Positions 30,526 to 43,245 of a DNA stretch of 64,000 nucleotides are shown here, piece by piece. A model generated the notes under the pieces. That model did not search any database. It worked only from the letters and a program-made list of their open reading frames with translations, and had not been told where the DNA came from. This DNA is from Macrostomum hystrix (lineage: Eukaryota > Animalia > Platyhelminthes): positions 20,770,001 to 20,834,000 of the forward strand of contig CATNEN010000039.1 in NCBI GenBank assembly GCA_950097015.1. The letters are read 5' to 3'. Made by a program: the position numbers and the translations under genes. Positions within the stretch are counted from its first letter, which is position 1; each line of letters starts with the position of its first letter.

Positions 30526-31686
30526 CAACATTAATTTCTCAAACGTTTATTTCGTAATTTATTATTTATATATTGAACTTCAGAGATTAGCAAACTGCAA
30601 TTCATCAACTGAGCGAATGACGTTGAAATTTTTGCTGAATTTCTTTTCTTAGAAACTATTCAGAATAGAAGCTACGACAGCAACCTATCCTACTGGGCTT
30701 CTATGCAGATGGCAAACACACACACACACCGACCACTCAGTCTCGCCTCCAACTGTCCATCTCCGCTTTTTACTGGGGTCTCTCGTCCATTCATTTCATT
30801 GTTTAAAGCGGCGAGCAATTGTTTACACAGCTCGTGGCAGAGGATCCACAAGTCTCTGCAGCCTCCGTTTTGTTCCCCACATTTTATCCTCTATACGGCT
30901 AACAGAAGATGCTAGTAAATATTCTCCATAACGTGAGCCGTATATATAATTTCAAATGCATTGTTCTCCGGTACATTTATTTGAATATTTTATTCTTGAG
31001 CTGAACTCAGAAAGATGCATGGATATACAAAAAACTGGTTAGCTGAACAGCTTAAAGAATGGTGTAGATGCAAAGCCATTGCTTGCAGCACATTCCGATA
31101 GTGCACGTAAAAGTCCATGTCATGTTTGCCTCTGCTTGCTTTTAAATTTTAAATAGTTTTAAATAGAGCTTTTTCGATGTCGGTATTTTCGCATTTACTT
31201 CTTTTCTTGGCATCTAAAATCAAATTTAATCGAACATTGCAATCCAAACTGGAAGGCTTTTATTTGCTTTCAGCAATTTTCCATTTTTGTGAATTCTTGC
31301 ACTTTTTAAAACTGTTCGATCTGAAGAAAAATGTATGATTTTTTAGCCATACAATAAACCATTGTCCATTGTTGCATGAAAAATGCTGAGAGTATACATA
31401 TTTGAATGTCAAAATTTTATGTTTAAATCCGAAATAAGTAACACAAAATTTGACTTGTCACTCATCTAGTCAATTGCCGGCAACAATTAGGCTTCGAGAA
31501 ATGAAAGTTAATCACGAGTAACTCGCAATCATTCTAGATCAAAACTGAATTCTTGGTCGTAATTATTTATTTGTTAATTAAACTAGTTAAACATGACATC
31601 CTGACATAATCAATACAAATAAATGCATTATAAACCATTCAATAATCAACAGATAATCACCATGATAAACCTTGAACAAAAGAGCA

Positions 31687-32402
31687 ACTCTTGAACTACA
31701 ATCCCACATTACCTAGACTCTTGAACTACAATCCCACATCCCCTAGACTCTTGAACTACAATCCCACATCCCCTAGACTCTTGAACTACAATCCCACATC
31801 CCATAGACTCTTGAACTACAATCCCACATCCCATAGACTCTTGAACTACAATCCCACATCCCCTAGACTCTTGAACTACAATCCCACATCCCCTAGACTC
31901 TTGAACTACAATCCCACATCCCCTAGACTCTTGAACTACAATCCCACATCCCCTAGACTCTTGAACTACAATCCCACATCCCCTAGACTCTTGAACTACA
32001 ATCCCACATCCCATAGACTCTTGAACTACAATCCCACATCCCCTAGACTCTTGAACTACAATCCCACATCCCCTAGACTCTTGAACTACAATCCCACATC
32101 CCATAGACTCTTGAACTACAATCCCACATCCCCTAGACTCTTGAACTACAATCCCACATCCCCTAGACTCTTGAACTACAATCCCACATCCCCTAGACTC
32201 TTGAACTACAATCCCACATCCCATAGACTCTGAACTACAATCCCACATCCCCTAGACTCTTGAACTACAATCCCACATCCCCTAGACTCTTGAACTACAA
32301 TCCCACATCCCCTAGACTCTTGAACTACAATCCCACATCCCCTAGACTCTTGAACTACAATCCCACATCCCCTAGACTCTTGAACTACAATCCCACATCC
32401 CC
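31687..32402. repeat. 30-bp minisatellite (ACTCTTGAACTACAATCCCACATCCCCTAG)n
   Basis: About 24 near-identical units starting ~40 bp downstream of the TIPRL stop. Confidence 0.97.
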
Positions 32403-32442
32403 AATAATCCCACCTTCAATCCCCAAACCCCTAGATTGAGTT

Positions 32443-33571
32443 CTATGAGCAGCCGAATGTCATTCTGTCAAGCCTACAGTCCAGCAGTTCCAGGTGTTCC
32501 TGCAGAACGTTGGCGTCGGTTAGCGTGGCCGCTGGCAGACGGGCCAGTCGATCCCAGGGCGCCTCGAATCGTTTCACCTCGCGCAACAGGTGTGACCAGC
32601 CGGCCTCCCAATAAAGTCGGGTGTCCCAGCACCTAAGTGAGGGTAAGGGAAATGTTGTAGTTTCTGCTTCTTAGGCAGAGAAATAAGTAAGGTTGAAGAC
32701 AGCTATTAAGATTGAGAGATATATTGAGAGAGATCGGGAGTTCGAATCCTGATAAAATAAAATCAAATCGTGTCCTTATAGGGTTTAAACGCTACGAATC
32801 ATTATTGGCTGTAGCAAAGACTTTAAAGTTTACTTTATAAAAATGTGTGAATTTTACCTTTTTCCGGGTTTACGTGATTGATCTGGTTTCGTTTTTTATC
32901 ACTAAAGTAAGCAAATATAGGTTTGCACAGCTCTACTCTCGATCGCGTGTCACAAATCCAGTGTCTCACCTGGCCAGTGTGCCGTCAGCCCTGAGAAAGT
33001 ATCTGAGTAGCAGCAGGTAGCAGTCAGGCATAGCCCTAAACTTGAAGCCTAACTGAGCTGTGCCACTGTCGCCAAGCTCGTCTTCGTACAGCTGGCTTTC
33101 GCAGTAGAACAGGATCCGGTCACGCCGACGCAGTCGCTCCAAGTTGATGGCGTCGTCCGGACGAGCGGGTTCAATGGCCCAGCCGCTGCCCAGTTGGGTG
33201 CCGGAATAGTCGCTGGCGAAGGTCCAATCGTAGGGCTTCGGTGACTCCTGTGCGTATTCGCGCCTAGTGCTGAGCCATTTCTCAGACACGGCCAGTTTCA
33301 AACTGCTCGAATGCGCGTCCACTCTGCGAAGAGCGTCCAGCGCGTTGAATTCCAGGGAGCATCCGCTGTCCGGGTGTTCCAATCGCAGACAGTTCAGATC
33401 GAACACCATATCCGGCAGGGCTGGCAGTTCCAGCTTGGAGCGGAAGTCGGCAAATCGTGGACCCTCCGACGGAAGGATGTGACTTCGGCGGGCGTAGATT
33501 CGCCACGGCGGATAGTCGGATGTGGTCTCCTCGTCCGCGGACTTGGCACTTGTTGAATCCGACTGTGACGC
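32443..33571 (-). CDS. TIPRL: TIP41-like protein (PP2A regulator); first exon with ATG not located
   Basis: Exons 33571-32970 and 32632-32443 (phase 2). Motifs PWRIYARRSHIL, LPDMVF, EFNALDAL, KPYDWTFASDYSGT, LYEDELGDSG, LLRYFLRADG, DTRLY..LLRE. Confidence 0.93.
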
Positions 33572-33712
33572 CTGTAAGAGATTCGATATGTAAGGAATGG
33601 AAATTATATGTACTTTTCAATGATTTCTACTCATAGTAGAATCGTAAGGAGAAAGTAGCAAACTTAAAAAACATTGAGTAAACAGTAGGAGTAGCTTCAT
33701 TCCACTAGCATA

Positions 33713-34023
33713 ATAACAACTTAATTAATAATTTATTACACCTGTCCTAATTGCGCCAGATGTGCAGCCGACAGCACAGCCGCAGCTATTGCGTGGCGCA
33801 TCTGAAGGCTGTGTACAGAGCTGTACAGTCCATGGACTGGGGGACGCCACGCCCACCATCAATTACTCCAGCTAATGCTGGTACCCATTATACAGCTGGG
33901 TGAACTGAAGCAATGTAGAGTTAAGCGCCTTGCTTAAGGACACAAATTGTAACAGGAGTTAGGAATCGAACCCCCGACCTTCAAGTTGTGAGTCCGACAC
34001 TCTAACCACTAGGCTACAACCTC
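33713..34023 (-). mobile_element. tRNA-derived CORE-like SINE family B, full length with 12-bp TSD
   Basis: TSD tccactagcata at 33701-33712 and 34024-34035. Minus-strand A/B boxes (TAGCCTAGTGG, GGTTCGATTCC). CORE-like TGTGTCCTTAAGCAAGGCGCTTAAC...CACCCAGCTGTATAATGGGTACC. Confidence 0.88.
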
Positions 34024-37000
34024 TCCACTAGCATAGTATAGCATAGCAGGCTTCAGGCCTAGGCACAGCAATTATTTAATTACTTCAAAGGCTATAGAAA
34101 GGTGCTTAATTAAAATAGGGCTTTCAAAGCACCAAACTTTCTATCCTTGGCTAATATAGGTTAACATTTCTCAGGTAAACATTTTTCTAGGACAAAACAA
34201 ATTAGATTCTTATAATAATTTCTTAAAATAATTCAAAGAAAATGTTATATATTTAGAAATAAATGCCAATTTTACTGCCAATTGTAAAACAATTGAACCA
34301 CATATTTGTAATTATGTTAATTTGGCCTAATTGGATACCAATGATCTTGTTGTAATTTCTACCTTCAGATAAGGGCATAACTCCTAAATTGAACAAAGAT
34401 GAAAGGACAGCTAGCTAACATACTTGTTATGCGATAGATAACTAGCTAGACCAAATAGTTAGTTAGCTTAGCTGCTAGGTCTTAACTACTGGAACACTTA
34501 TTACCAAATATGGCATTCTTTTGTTTTACGATCCCCATTCCTAGGTACTTTTGCTATAATGATAGGCCCTACCCATGTAATAGACATAGTGAAAGAATAG
34601 AAACCAGATGAAATTTTATCTATGATTAAAAGTTACTGCATTAAGGCAGTTTCAATTCATGGAAATTACAAATTTTCAACTTGGAGGATTGTATTATGAA
34701 ATTAAAGAAAAGCCCAAGTTTTGTTGTCTAATCCCTTTTGATACATTTCTTCCATTCAAATGATTTTGTACAACAAAACTATATATAGAGATATCCTTAC
34801 TCTTTCAAAGAATTGTGTACTAATGATTAATTAGGGTAATCATATTTCAAAGTTTGGAGTACTATTCTAAGCCAAAAAGGTTACATAACAATGAAAAACA
34901 ACCAATTGATAGGCCAATATCTTACAATCCAGGCTGCCTAAGTCTATTTCTAGTAGACTCAGGGTTCCAGATTTGCATTTTGAATATTTTTCTAAAAATA
35001 CTCATAAATAGGGACATATGACAAGTAAAAAATAAATATCTTATTTCATAAAATATATGAAATAAGATAGTGGCCTATGCAGAGCTATGCCATATATTGA
35101 CCAAAATATTAGACTAGCTGAAAAAGGATAAAGATAAAGATAAAGATATCGCCTATAAAATAGGGCCTCCGATTATTTTAGTTTCTTAGAAATTTTCCAC
35201 GAATTTAGTATGTTTGTTTTAATGTACTGTTTTATTAATTTTGTTAAAATGCACCAAATTTGTTTTTATGCACCGAATGCACAGAAATATAGAAGTTATA
35301 ATGAAGTGAAGAAAGGAGGGAAAAAACTATAAAGACACGAGCAAAATAAATAGAAAAATAACTCGGACAAACTCAGTTGGGAAAAGAGTTCAGATTGAGA
35401 AAGCTTGAATCTTGAAGTGTTTGTGTTGAAGTTATTTGAGAAAGAGACATTGCGAAAGAGAAGTAAATAGAGTGAAGAAAAAGCTGTAAATCTAGATCCA
35501 CTGGTAAAGCCCAAGGATGGACTGAAGATTGAAATAAAGAGTGATAAAGACAGATAAAGACAGATAAAGACTGATAAAGATGGATAGGCCTAAAGATTGA
35601 TAAAGACGGATAAAGATAGATTAAGACTGATAAAGATTGATAAAGATGGATAAAGATTGATACAAGGTACTTATAGAAATAATACAGTAAGGTTATAAGC
35701 AAAGATAAAATATAGAAGATAGATACCGGCCTGGCCGGCCATATTGAAAGTATAATACTACCATATTGAATATATAAACGCTACCAATTGAATCTGAAAT
35801 AAGAAGTGCATAAAGCGATTAAAGTAAAGACATTCATAAGATTGACATAAAGACAGTACTTGAATAAAGTGTATAAGAAAAGAAGACTAGGCCTAGTACA
35901 ACTTTGGTAACAGCAGTAGGATTGAAGTAGGCCTAGCCCTACAACAACTTTGGTGGGATATTAAATATTATAAAATAACCAGGCTAGGACACCTAAAAAC
36001 TTTTTTGGCTTAGGCCTACTATAGCAACTGCAGCTAGGCCTAGCTAGGCCAAGTAAATCTACAGGAAATTTGAGGTTTGCCAGTCTGCCACAAAGTGCAG
36101 AATTTTGCTTTTTTATTTGCATCATATTTGACATCTAATTTGCTTGGTGGCGCCTGTTTTACCCAAAACATTAGGACTTTAAAAATTCATGTATTTTTAT
36201 TCCATTTTACCTTTTAGCGAACTGTTTACATAGGGTAATGCAATAGATTTAGAGATAGCAAATTTCGCTAGGCCACTAAAGACGCAATTTTAGCACCTAG
36301 TAGGCCTAGCAGTAGTATCAATTTTAGTTTATTCAGTTTTAGTTGAGTATAAGTCTCATCTCATTAGTTTATAAAACTTGTTCTTAAGTAGATCCAGACA
36401 GCAAACACATTAGGTCTAGGCCCTACGCAATATTCATACAGACAGATAAGGCACGGGACCGTGTCAATAAGCTCTGCCTAATAAAAAACGCATCGCCTAG
36501 GGCAGTCTCACTCTCTGGTCCAACCTTATTCTTAGATCAGTTGTCAGCTGCAGATTTGAAATGCGTCTAACGAAAGATGAACTAAATTTAACAAATTCAT
36601 GCTGCTATAGATTTTCCGAAATGCGATACATTGCTTGACTTCAAAACTAAAAAAAGACGCATTTGAAAATGTTTATACAATAACATAATTATTTTATTTT
36701 TTAAATCTTTCACGACCTTTTATTAGGTAAAAGGTCCAGGACTGAATCGCACAGGAAATAAAATGACGTTTTAAAAGAAACAATTAGCATTTTCTTGGGA
36801 TAACATATGAATCTGAATCTGAATGTGAATGTGCAATTGAAAGTCTTGATGCTATTGTTATCTATTTTACGTTTTGCGTTTTCCATTTCGTGCACTTATT
36901 TTAAATTTTAAAAAAGGACAATTTTGACAATAATTTTTAATCAAACTTCGTGAATTATAGTTCCTTTTTATTTTTCGATTTTTCATAGAATATATGCTGG

Positions 37001-38018
37001 AAATAGTTTTATCACTTGTATTCTTTACTTGCAGCCCAGTCAATTAAGAAAAATCAAACGGGATCCACCGCTACAGTTTTTTTATCATCGAATTACCGTG
37101 TTACAGATATTTAGGACTAGCCGCGCCAGGTCTAGCCGCGTCGGCCCTATGGTGCAGCTGCGGTGTGAGCTGCAGTAGGCACTAGTTGGAGGACTCGGCG
37201 AGGATGATGTGGCCTGCCAGCTGGAGTCGCCGAAGACGTACTATGCTGCGGTTGACTTGGACGAGCCAGGTAAAAGATTACGCGTTAGGTACCCGATTGT
37301 GACACGCGTAGGCTAACAGCGCGTAAAAGCGCGTTGACTCCATCAGAGTCTAACAAAGACTCACACAAATAAGGATGTTGTGTGAAGGATATGATATGCT
37401 TTGCACCGACAAGATGATTGATCATCCCAATCCATGCAAGTCGAAAATAGGTAAAAGTGCTTTCAGTTTTGAAATTTTAATTAAGTGAAGCACTAACAAT
37501 TTAAGCACACCAAAAACGATATTGAGTATTTGCTAGATTTTTGAACCAATAAACTGTGTTTTGAGTTTAACGTATTGCTGTTACACGATCATATGCAGTA
37601 CTTGTACTTTTATTAAGTAGAATACATGGCGTATTTAGTTGCTTTACATAAGTACAAAAAATCAATAACATTTATTAAAGGCTGTAAAAATGATTTCCAA
37701 CTGTATCGGCCATTGCCGAAGTATTGATCTTAGGCGATAAAAAGCTGTGGGCGATAAAAAGAATATGTAATTAAATCATCGCGCAAAAATATGCATGTAA
37801 TAAGATAACACGCATTAATTGTTGCTGCTATACTCTGACTGCTTAAAACATAGAAAAAACTTACTATTAAACTAGTATTTGCAAATCCGACAAACAGCTC
37901 ATGAAGTTTAAACTCGATGCATGCATAACAGATATTAAAATCTAACACGAACTCTACAATCTACTGGTCACAATACTCTGTCGTGAAAAATCAAGGTCCT
38001 TTCAATAGAATTGTGCAG

Positions 38019-39587
38019 CTAAGGCAGCAGCAGCAGCAGCAGAAGCTTTATTGACGCCAGGATCACCGACAAGCGTCCTGCCGCGGTGGCCAGAATCGCC
38101 ACTGTGGTGGCCCCAGACTTGGCAGACATTGCGGCTGCCTCACTGCCGTTCGCCTGACAGACCATCGACTTACACGCCTTGAGAACCCGGTTCTGTTGCG
38201 AAGTAACGCTCTGCTTCTGCTCCTGCTGATGATGCAGATGCTGCAGCTGTGCAACAGGGCGAAGCTGCGATTTTGTCAAATGCTGCTGCTTCGGCTGCCT
38301 CGCGGGCTCATCTGGCGTCAAGAAGTCGACAAACAGCTGGAAGGAGGCCTCCGGCTTCTCGATTGGCGTGCTATGACCAGCGCCAGAGACGGAGCGGTAG
38401 CGGATGGTGAAGCCGCTGAATGCGGTCTCAACGCCACCAACCTGAACAGAAGCGGCGCCGAACATGCACTGGCAATAGTGCCAGGAATACCGGTCGCCCA
38501 CATGCGGCCAGGTGAGGTTGTCAATAAATCCAGCTGTGGCTAGGAAAGGCAACAAGTAGTCTAGATTGCCATTGTATAGCATAACACTGACGCCGCTTTC
38601 GTTCAGCAGAAGTAGCTGCTCAGTGAGGGCCTCGTTGCGGAAAGCGTAATTCGCAAAAACACGACCACTGCAGATATGGTAGCGTTCGGCTTGCTGCGAT
38701 ACGCCTAGAGCCCGACGAACATCCGGCCTCTGCAGGTAGTGCTCCATGGCCGTGGTGTTCAGACACCTGTAAGAGTCGTTATAGCCCAGGATATTGTGAT
38801 GGCAGAGGCTTTCGACATTGTACTCGTTAAAGGTCGGATCGCTGGCCTCGGGGTAGTAGTCTGCGACTGGTAAAAGCCCCATGATGTAGGCGAACTCAGC
38901 TCTAGCAGCCATCATCGCATCGCGACCCATGAAGTATCCGTTGCCAATGGCGACGCCTCGCAGGCGAAGTCCATCTCGTCTAGACAGCATTTTGTCAGCG
39001 AGTATGGCCTCGGCTAATAGCGGCAGGTAGACTCCAGCGTAGCTCTCCCCAGTCAGGTAAAACTCCCTAGCCTTGTATTCGGGAAATAAGCGCAGGAATT
39101 GGCACAGAGCCTCCAAATTGTCTCTCGTTGTGCTCGGATCGTTCCAGCGGTACCGGTCCGACGCCCGGGTCCTCCGGCTGTCAGAGACGCTGAAGCTAAA
39201 ACCGACTCCGGCTGGTGATTCCAGGTAGAGCATGTTGGCTACCCGGTTCCAGGCCCACGGATTGTGCACCAGTTGAGCTCGGTCATTCACCAGGAATGGA
39301 CCGTTGGTGGTCAGCAGACCGCCCAGCGAAGAGCATCCCGGCCCGCCGTTGAGCCACAGAACCAGCGGCGCCTCAGCTGGCGGCGTCTCGGAGCTCTCAA
39401 CTAGCCAGTAGAACAGACGATTGCCAGACTTTCCCGCCAAGTAGCCCGAGAACTGGCGGAAGCTAGGGCCCGCGGCTGGCTGGCCCGGTAGGTTGGTCAC
39501 TCGGTGTCTTTGGGCGCGATTCGGCAGTGGCTGCGTCAGTAGAACAAGCAAAGCTAACAACAGCAACAAGCAGCGCTTGAGAAGCAT
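38019..39587 (-). CDS. Serine carboxypeptidase S10 (cathepsin A-like), intronless, 522 aa
   Basis: Signal peptide; WLNGGPGCSSL, LYLESPAGVGFS, GESYAG (catalytic Ser), YNGNLD (Asp), GAGHSTP (His); hydrophobic C-terminal tail. Confidence 0.95.
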   Translation of the reverse strand: MLLKRCLLLLLALLVLLTQPLPNRAQRHRVTNLPGQPAAGPSFRQFSGYLAGKSGNRLFYWLVESSETPPAEAPLVLWLNGGPGCSSLGGLLTTNGPFLVNDRAQLVHNPWAWNRVANMLYLESPAGVGFSFSVSDSRRTRASDRYRWNDPSTTRDNLEALCQFLRLFPEYKAREFYLTGESYAGVYLPLLAEAILADKMLSRRDGLRLRGVAIGNGYFMGRDAMMAARAEFAYIMGLLPVADYYPEASDPTFNEYNVESLCHHNILGYNDSYRCLNTTAMEHYLQRPDVRRALGVSQQAERYHICSGRVFANYAFRNEALTEQLLLLNESGVSVMLYNGNLDYLLPFLATAGFIDNLTWPHVGDRYSWHYCQCMFGAASVQVGGVETAFSGFTIRYRSVSGAGHSTPIEKPEASFQLFVDFLTPDEPARQPKQQHLTKSQLRPVAQLQHLHHQQEQKQSVTSQQNRVLKACKSMVCQANGSEAAAMSAKSGATTVAILATAAGRLSVILASIKLLLLLLLP

Positions 39588-41564
39588 CCGGGCAACCCTT
39601 TTCAGAAAGATAAATTTCCTTACTTCGACGTGCTGGCAGCAAGAAGCGACCTCTTCTGCGTTATTTTTGTATGCGTGCTTTTTCTTTTGTTTGGCTCCTT
39701 GCTTATATCTCTCCGGCTCCTGTCGTGAAGGCTAATGCCAATCGGCTTTCTTGGCAATTTTCATCCCCGATTCGTTCTTGATCCGTCCGTCTAATGAACT
39801 CGCTGAGGAAGAACGTCAGACGTAAAAACCCTGTCAGATTATTTTCTGGGTGCATGCCGGATCAGGGAAATCAGCCGATTGCGTGTCCAATGCACGCCTA
39901 TCCCCCGGACTCTGCGAATCGAAAAAACCAGAATACGGTGTATTTGGAGGCTGGTTCTCTGATTTCAATAAACTGGCTCGGTTCTGTAAACCCGTTCCGC
40001 TTCTGACGAATTCAATCGAAGCGTTGATGATCAAGTCCTAACACGCCTTCCTGTTTGCTTTCTGGAACTGAATCAGGATGAATTGAGGCAGGTCATTCCC
40101 TCTTCTTCGGCTTGCAATAAAATCGGATGGAAGTTTTAAGGCTAAGATTTATCCCGCGGCCAACTTCTCTCCAGGCCAAATTCCAACAATAACTCCACTG
40201 ACGAATCCGCAAAGCTCGAAATAATGGCCAAGTCAAGGCGAGAGAGGCAGCGGAGTGGAGATTCGCATTAGGAAGAGCGAAGGAGATCCGTCCTCCAGGG
40301 GCCTCTCCAAGGCAAGGAGAAGTTCCAAGGTTCAGTTAGGAAGTTTGTTTGGTGATTTTTCGATTGGCACAACGCTAAGAACAAGATTAAAGAACCGCTA
40401 ACATCCCCACCTGCAGGATCTGTTATCACCCTGTCCTCGGGGACTTGGCTCCAGTGCACTTTCATGGGATAATGGGGGATTTAATTGTCCGTCGGTCTCC
40501 GAGGGCCCGCGTGTTGAAGGGCCGCTCGACCTGCTGCCAATTTTCTCCCGCTGTGCAGATGCGGGCTCAGCATCGCCTTTGCTTTCTGCGCTTTTCCAGA
40601 ACCGCGGCAGCGGGTTCAAATTGCAGTAAATTAATTTAGACCCCCGGCAATGCTAGGGACATCGTACCGAAGCAAAGAAACATATAGAATCTCGTGTATG
40701 GAAATGTTATCGACACTCTTGTAATAGGCCTCTAATAAAAGTAATTTCTTTCTACTATAGCATTAAATAAGAGTATTTTACTCACCAGAAATGAGTCTTG
40801 AAAAACTCAGAGTTCCCAAGAAGCCTGTCGACTCTCATATAAAAATAGAATGCAGTGCAGAACACCAGAAGACAAAGCAATCTACGAATCTACAAATTAG
40901 TCCAAACTCCAAGGTATACGCTTTGGTCAAAGTGCCACCCGCTTCATTACCTGCAGTGATTAGATGATAGTAGCTCGTACGAATGTTTTCAGGCCAAATT
41001 TAGCTAAAACCCTTGGCCAGACTTTTTGTCTGGCACCATAAATAGAGCTATGTAACATACCATGGGACACCACGCCGACAATGAAAACTGAATTTTAAAA
41101 AATGTCGACAGGGCTTTCTACCCGCCTTAAGCAGGTCAGGTGCGTAATGCCCTCGCCATTCTCATAAATTATATAATCGGAGCCTGGGACAGAAAGAAGA
41201 AAGTTGCGCTGTTCATAAACCACCTAGGGTAACAAGGCTGATAAATGTTTAATGTGAACACCCTGTTTTTATTGCACCCTAATCACTACAGGACAATGTG
41301 TGGCAGGGATCCTCGTCTGTTGAAGGTCTTGAGTGGCGCGGCATTAAAATTACTGATCGCCACACCGCAGCAACATCTTACCTGCCGTGTTCAGCTTAAT
41401 CAGTTTTACAATCGCAATCGTCGCGACAGTCTGCAAGTCTTCACTGTCGTGTTTTTTCCAGCCTATAAGTAGCTGATGTCACAGGGAAAGCTTAACATGA
41501 GTCTGTCAGTTGATCCTGAACTCGCTGTTGAGCTCAAGCATAATAGCAATTGTAGGCTTGAACA

Positions 41565-43245
41565 ATGGCACTGACAATGGCGCCATCGGATGCTAATCCA
41601 GCCCTGGAGGCTGCACCGGCCGATTCCAAGCAGCAGGCGCAGTCATCACAGACGCCGCAGACTGAGGAGATCACCACTAACCCCTTCCTTGATGCATTCT
41701 TTGCCGTGGACAAAGACTGCAGCGAGACCATCACCTCGGAGGAGCTGTCGGCTTATATGTCAAATTCTCAGTTTGAGAACAATTTTGGTGAGGTAATTCA
41801 AACTTCAAACTCACAGAGTTCTCGACGTGACCATTGCAAAATGAACTCATCAGTTTAATAAAAATAAGCAGCGTGAACTCATGGAGGTCATATGGGATAC
41901 AGAGAAACGACACTTGTTCCGTACGGGAAAATCCTAAAGAGTAGATGCTTCCTAAGAGGTTTTTTTGCTAGTCCTATATACCTAATCTGACAAAAATCTA
42001 TATTTCCATGCAACTGGCATTTGCAGAAGTGGATGAAGCTCTTTGATCAAGACGACGATGGAACGATAACGCTGGAAGAATACTGCAACGTGCTGGGCCT
42101 GAACCCACTGCAGGCGTAAGACGCCATTTTTTTAAATTTACAATGTATATTGCCTTCCACGATCTACACTTAGCAACAGTCAAATGTGACACCCCGGCCG
42201 AGAGGAGAAAACTTCATTCGTAACAGTAAAAACAGCGCGGTTTTTTTCAAATACCCACTGCCTACTTTACGATTAGCTCCCAAGCTCCCAAACTCGAAAT
42301 TTCATGAAAATCCCTCAAATAGGAAAAAATATTCCGCCGATTATAATAAGCCAACTTTGAAAGCCGTCCGACGTCAGCATCGTCGAAGTATTCAGCTATT
42401 CTTGTCGAAGACCCTGATAACAAGGACAACTAACATTGCCCTGTATAAACCGACGCCTATATGGTGAACCCTTATTGGCTCAATCATATGATAATTAACA
42501 ATATGATCAATAAAATAGAAACTAAAATAATAACCGACTTGGTTACATGACAAAATTTTGCAAGCACATTGGCGGTTTTTACCACCAGAAACCCCGACGA
42601 GAATCGTTGAATATCTCGACGATGCCGCTGTTCTGTGATTCTGGAAGTTGTTTAATCGGATATAACGGAAAATTTTAGCCCGCGTTACGGATATAAACAC
42701 AATATGAGGAGGGGGTTGGAGGATAAAAGGAGTGAGGATTGGCCAGAGGGTAAGAGATGAAACGAGGGGTTGAGGAAAGATTGACGAATAATTAGCCAAT
42801 CGGAGGCAAGAGAGAGAAATGCAGGTTCGCTAAGAAGCTGAACAGACAAACGGAGAAGTAATTATACTGCTGATCGATTGCGATAAATAAAATTATTTTG
42901 TTTTAAATTTAATCCAGTCGCGGCTATCGCCTGAAGAAGGTGAAGGCCGCCTGCCTTCGAGACGGTCGCCTGCCGGAGGACGTGTCCTGCATTTCGGCCA
43001 GCATGGAGCTGGAGACGCAGGTGGAGGTCTTGGAGACATTTCGCGACGCTCAGCGGCACAGCCAGCAGGCCAGGGATATTGCCGCTCACATGAAGGCCCA
43101 GCTGGACAAGCAGTTTGGCAGGCTGTGGCATGTTGTGTTGCTGACGGGCCAGTACTGGGCTAGTTACAGCCACGAGCCGGGAATGGCGCTGTTTTTTAAG
43201 TCCGACAAGTACATCGTCATGGCCTGGAGAACTCCAGGCATGTGA
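41565..43245 (+). CDS. Tegument allergen-like (TAL) protein: 2 EF-hands + dynein light chain-like domain, 3 exons, ~214 aa
   Basis: Exons 41565-41792, 42027-42115 and 42918-43245 (phases 0 and 2). EF loops DKDCSETITSEE and DQDDDGTITLEE. DLC-like MKAQLDKQFGRLWHVVLLTGQYWASYSHEP...WRTP. Confidence 0.92.
42224..42690. mobile_element. MITE-like family C copy in TAL intron 2
   Basis: ttcaaatacccactgcctact, cagcatcgtcgaagtattcag and ccaccagaaaccccgac are shared with 57742-58129. Confidence 0.7.

Noticed and set aside
31691-32248. [10 protein letters not shown] and [10 protein letters not shown] repeat ORFs
   Set aside because: Perfect 30-bp array with no unique coding flanks and a 1-nt deletion near 32230; lies downstream of the TIPRL stop.
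35296-35720. Hydrophobic ORFs in the AT-rich region
   Set aside because: They arise from a degenerate (GATAAA)n simple repeat.
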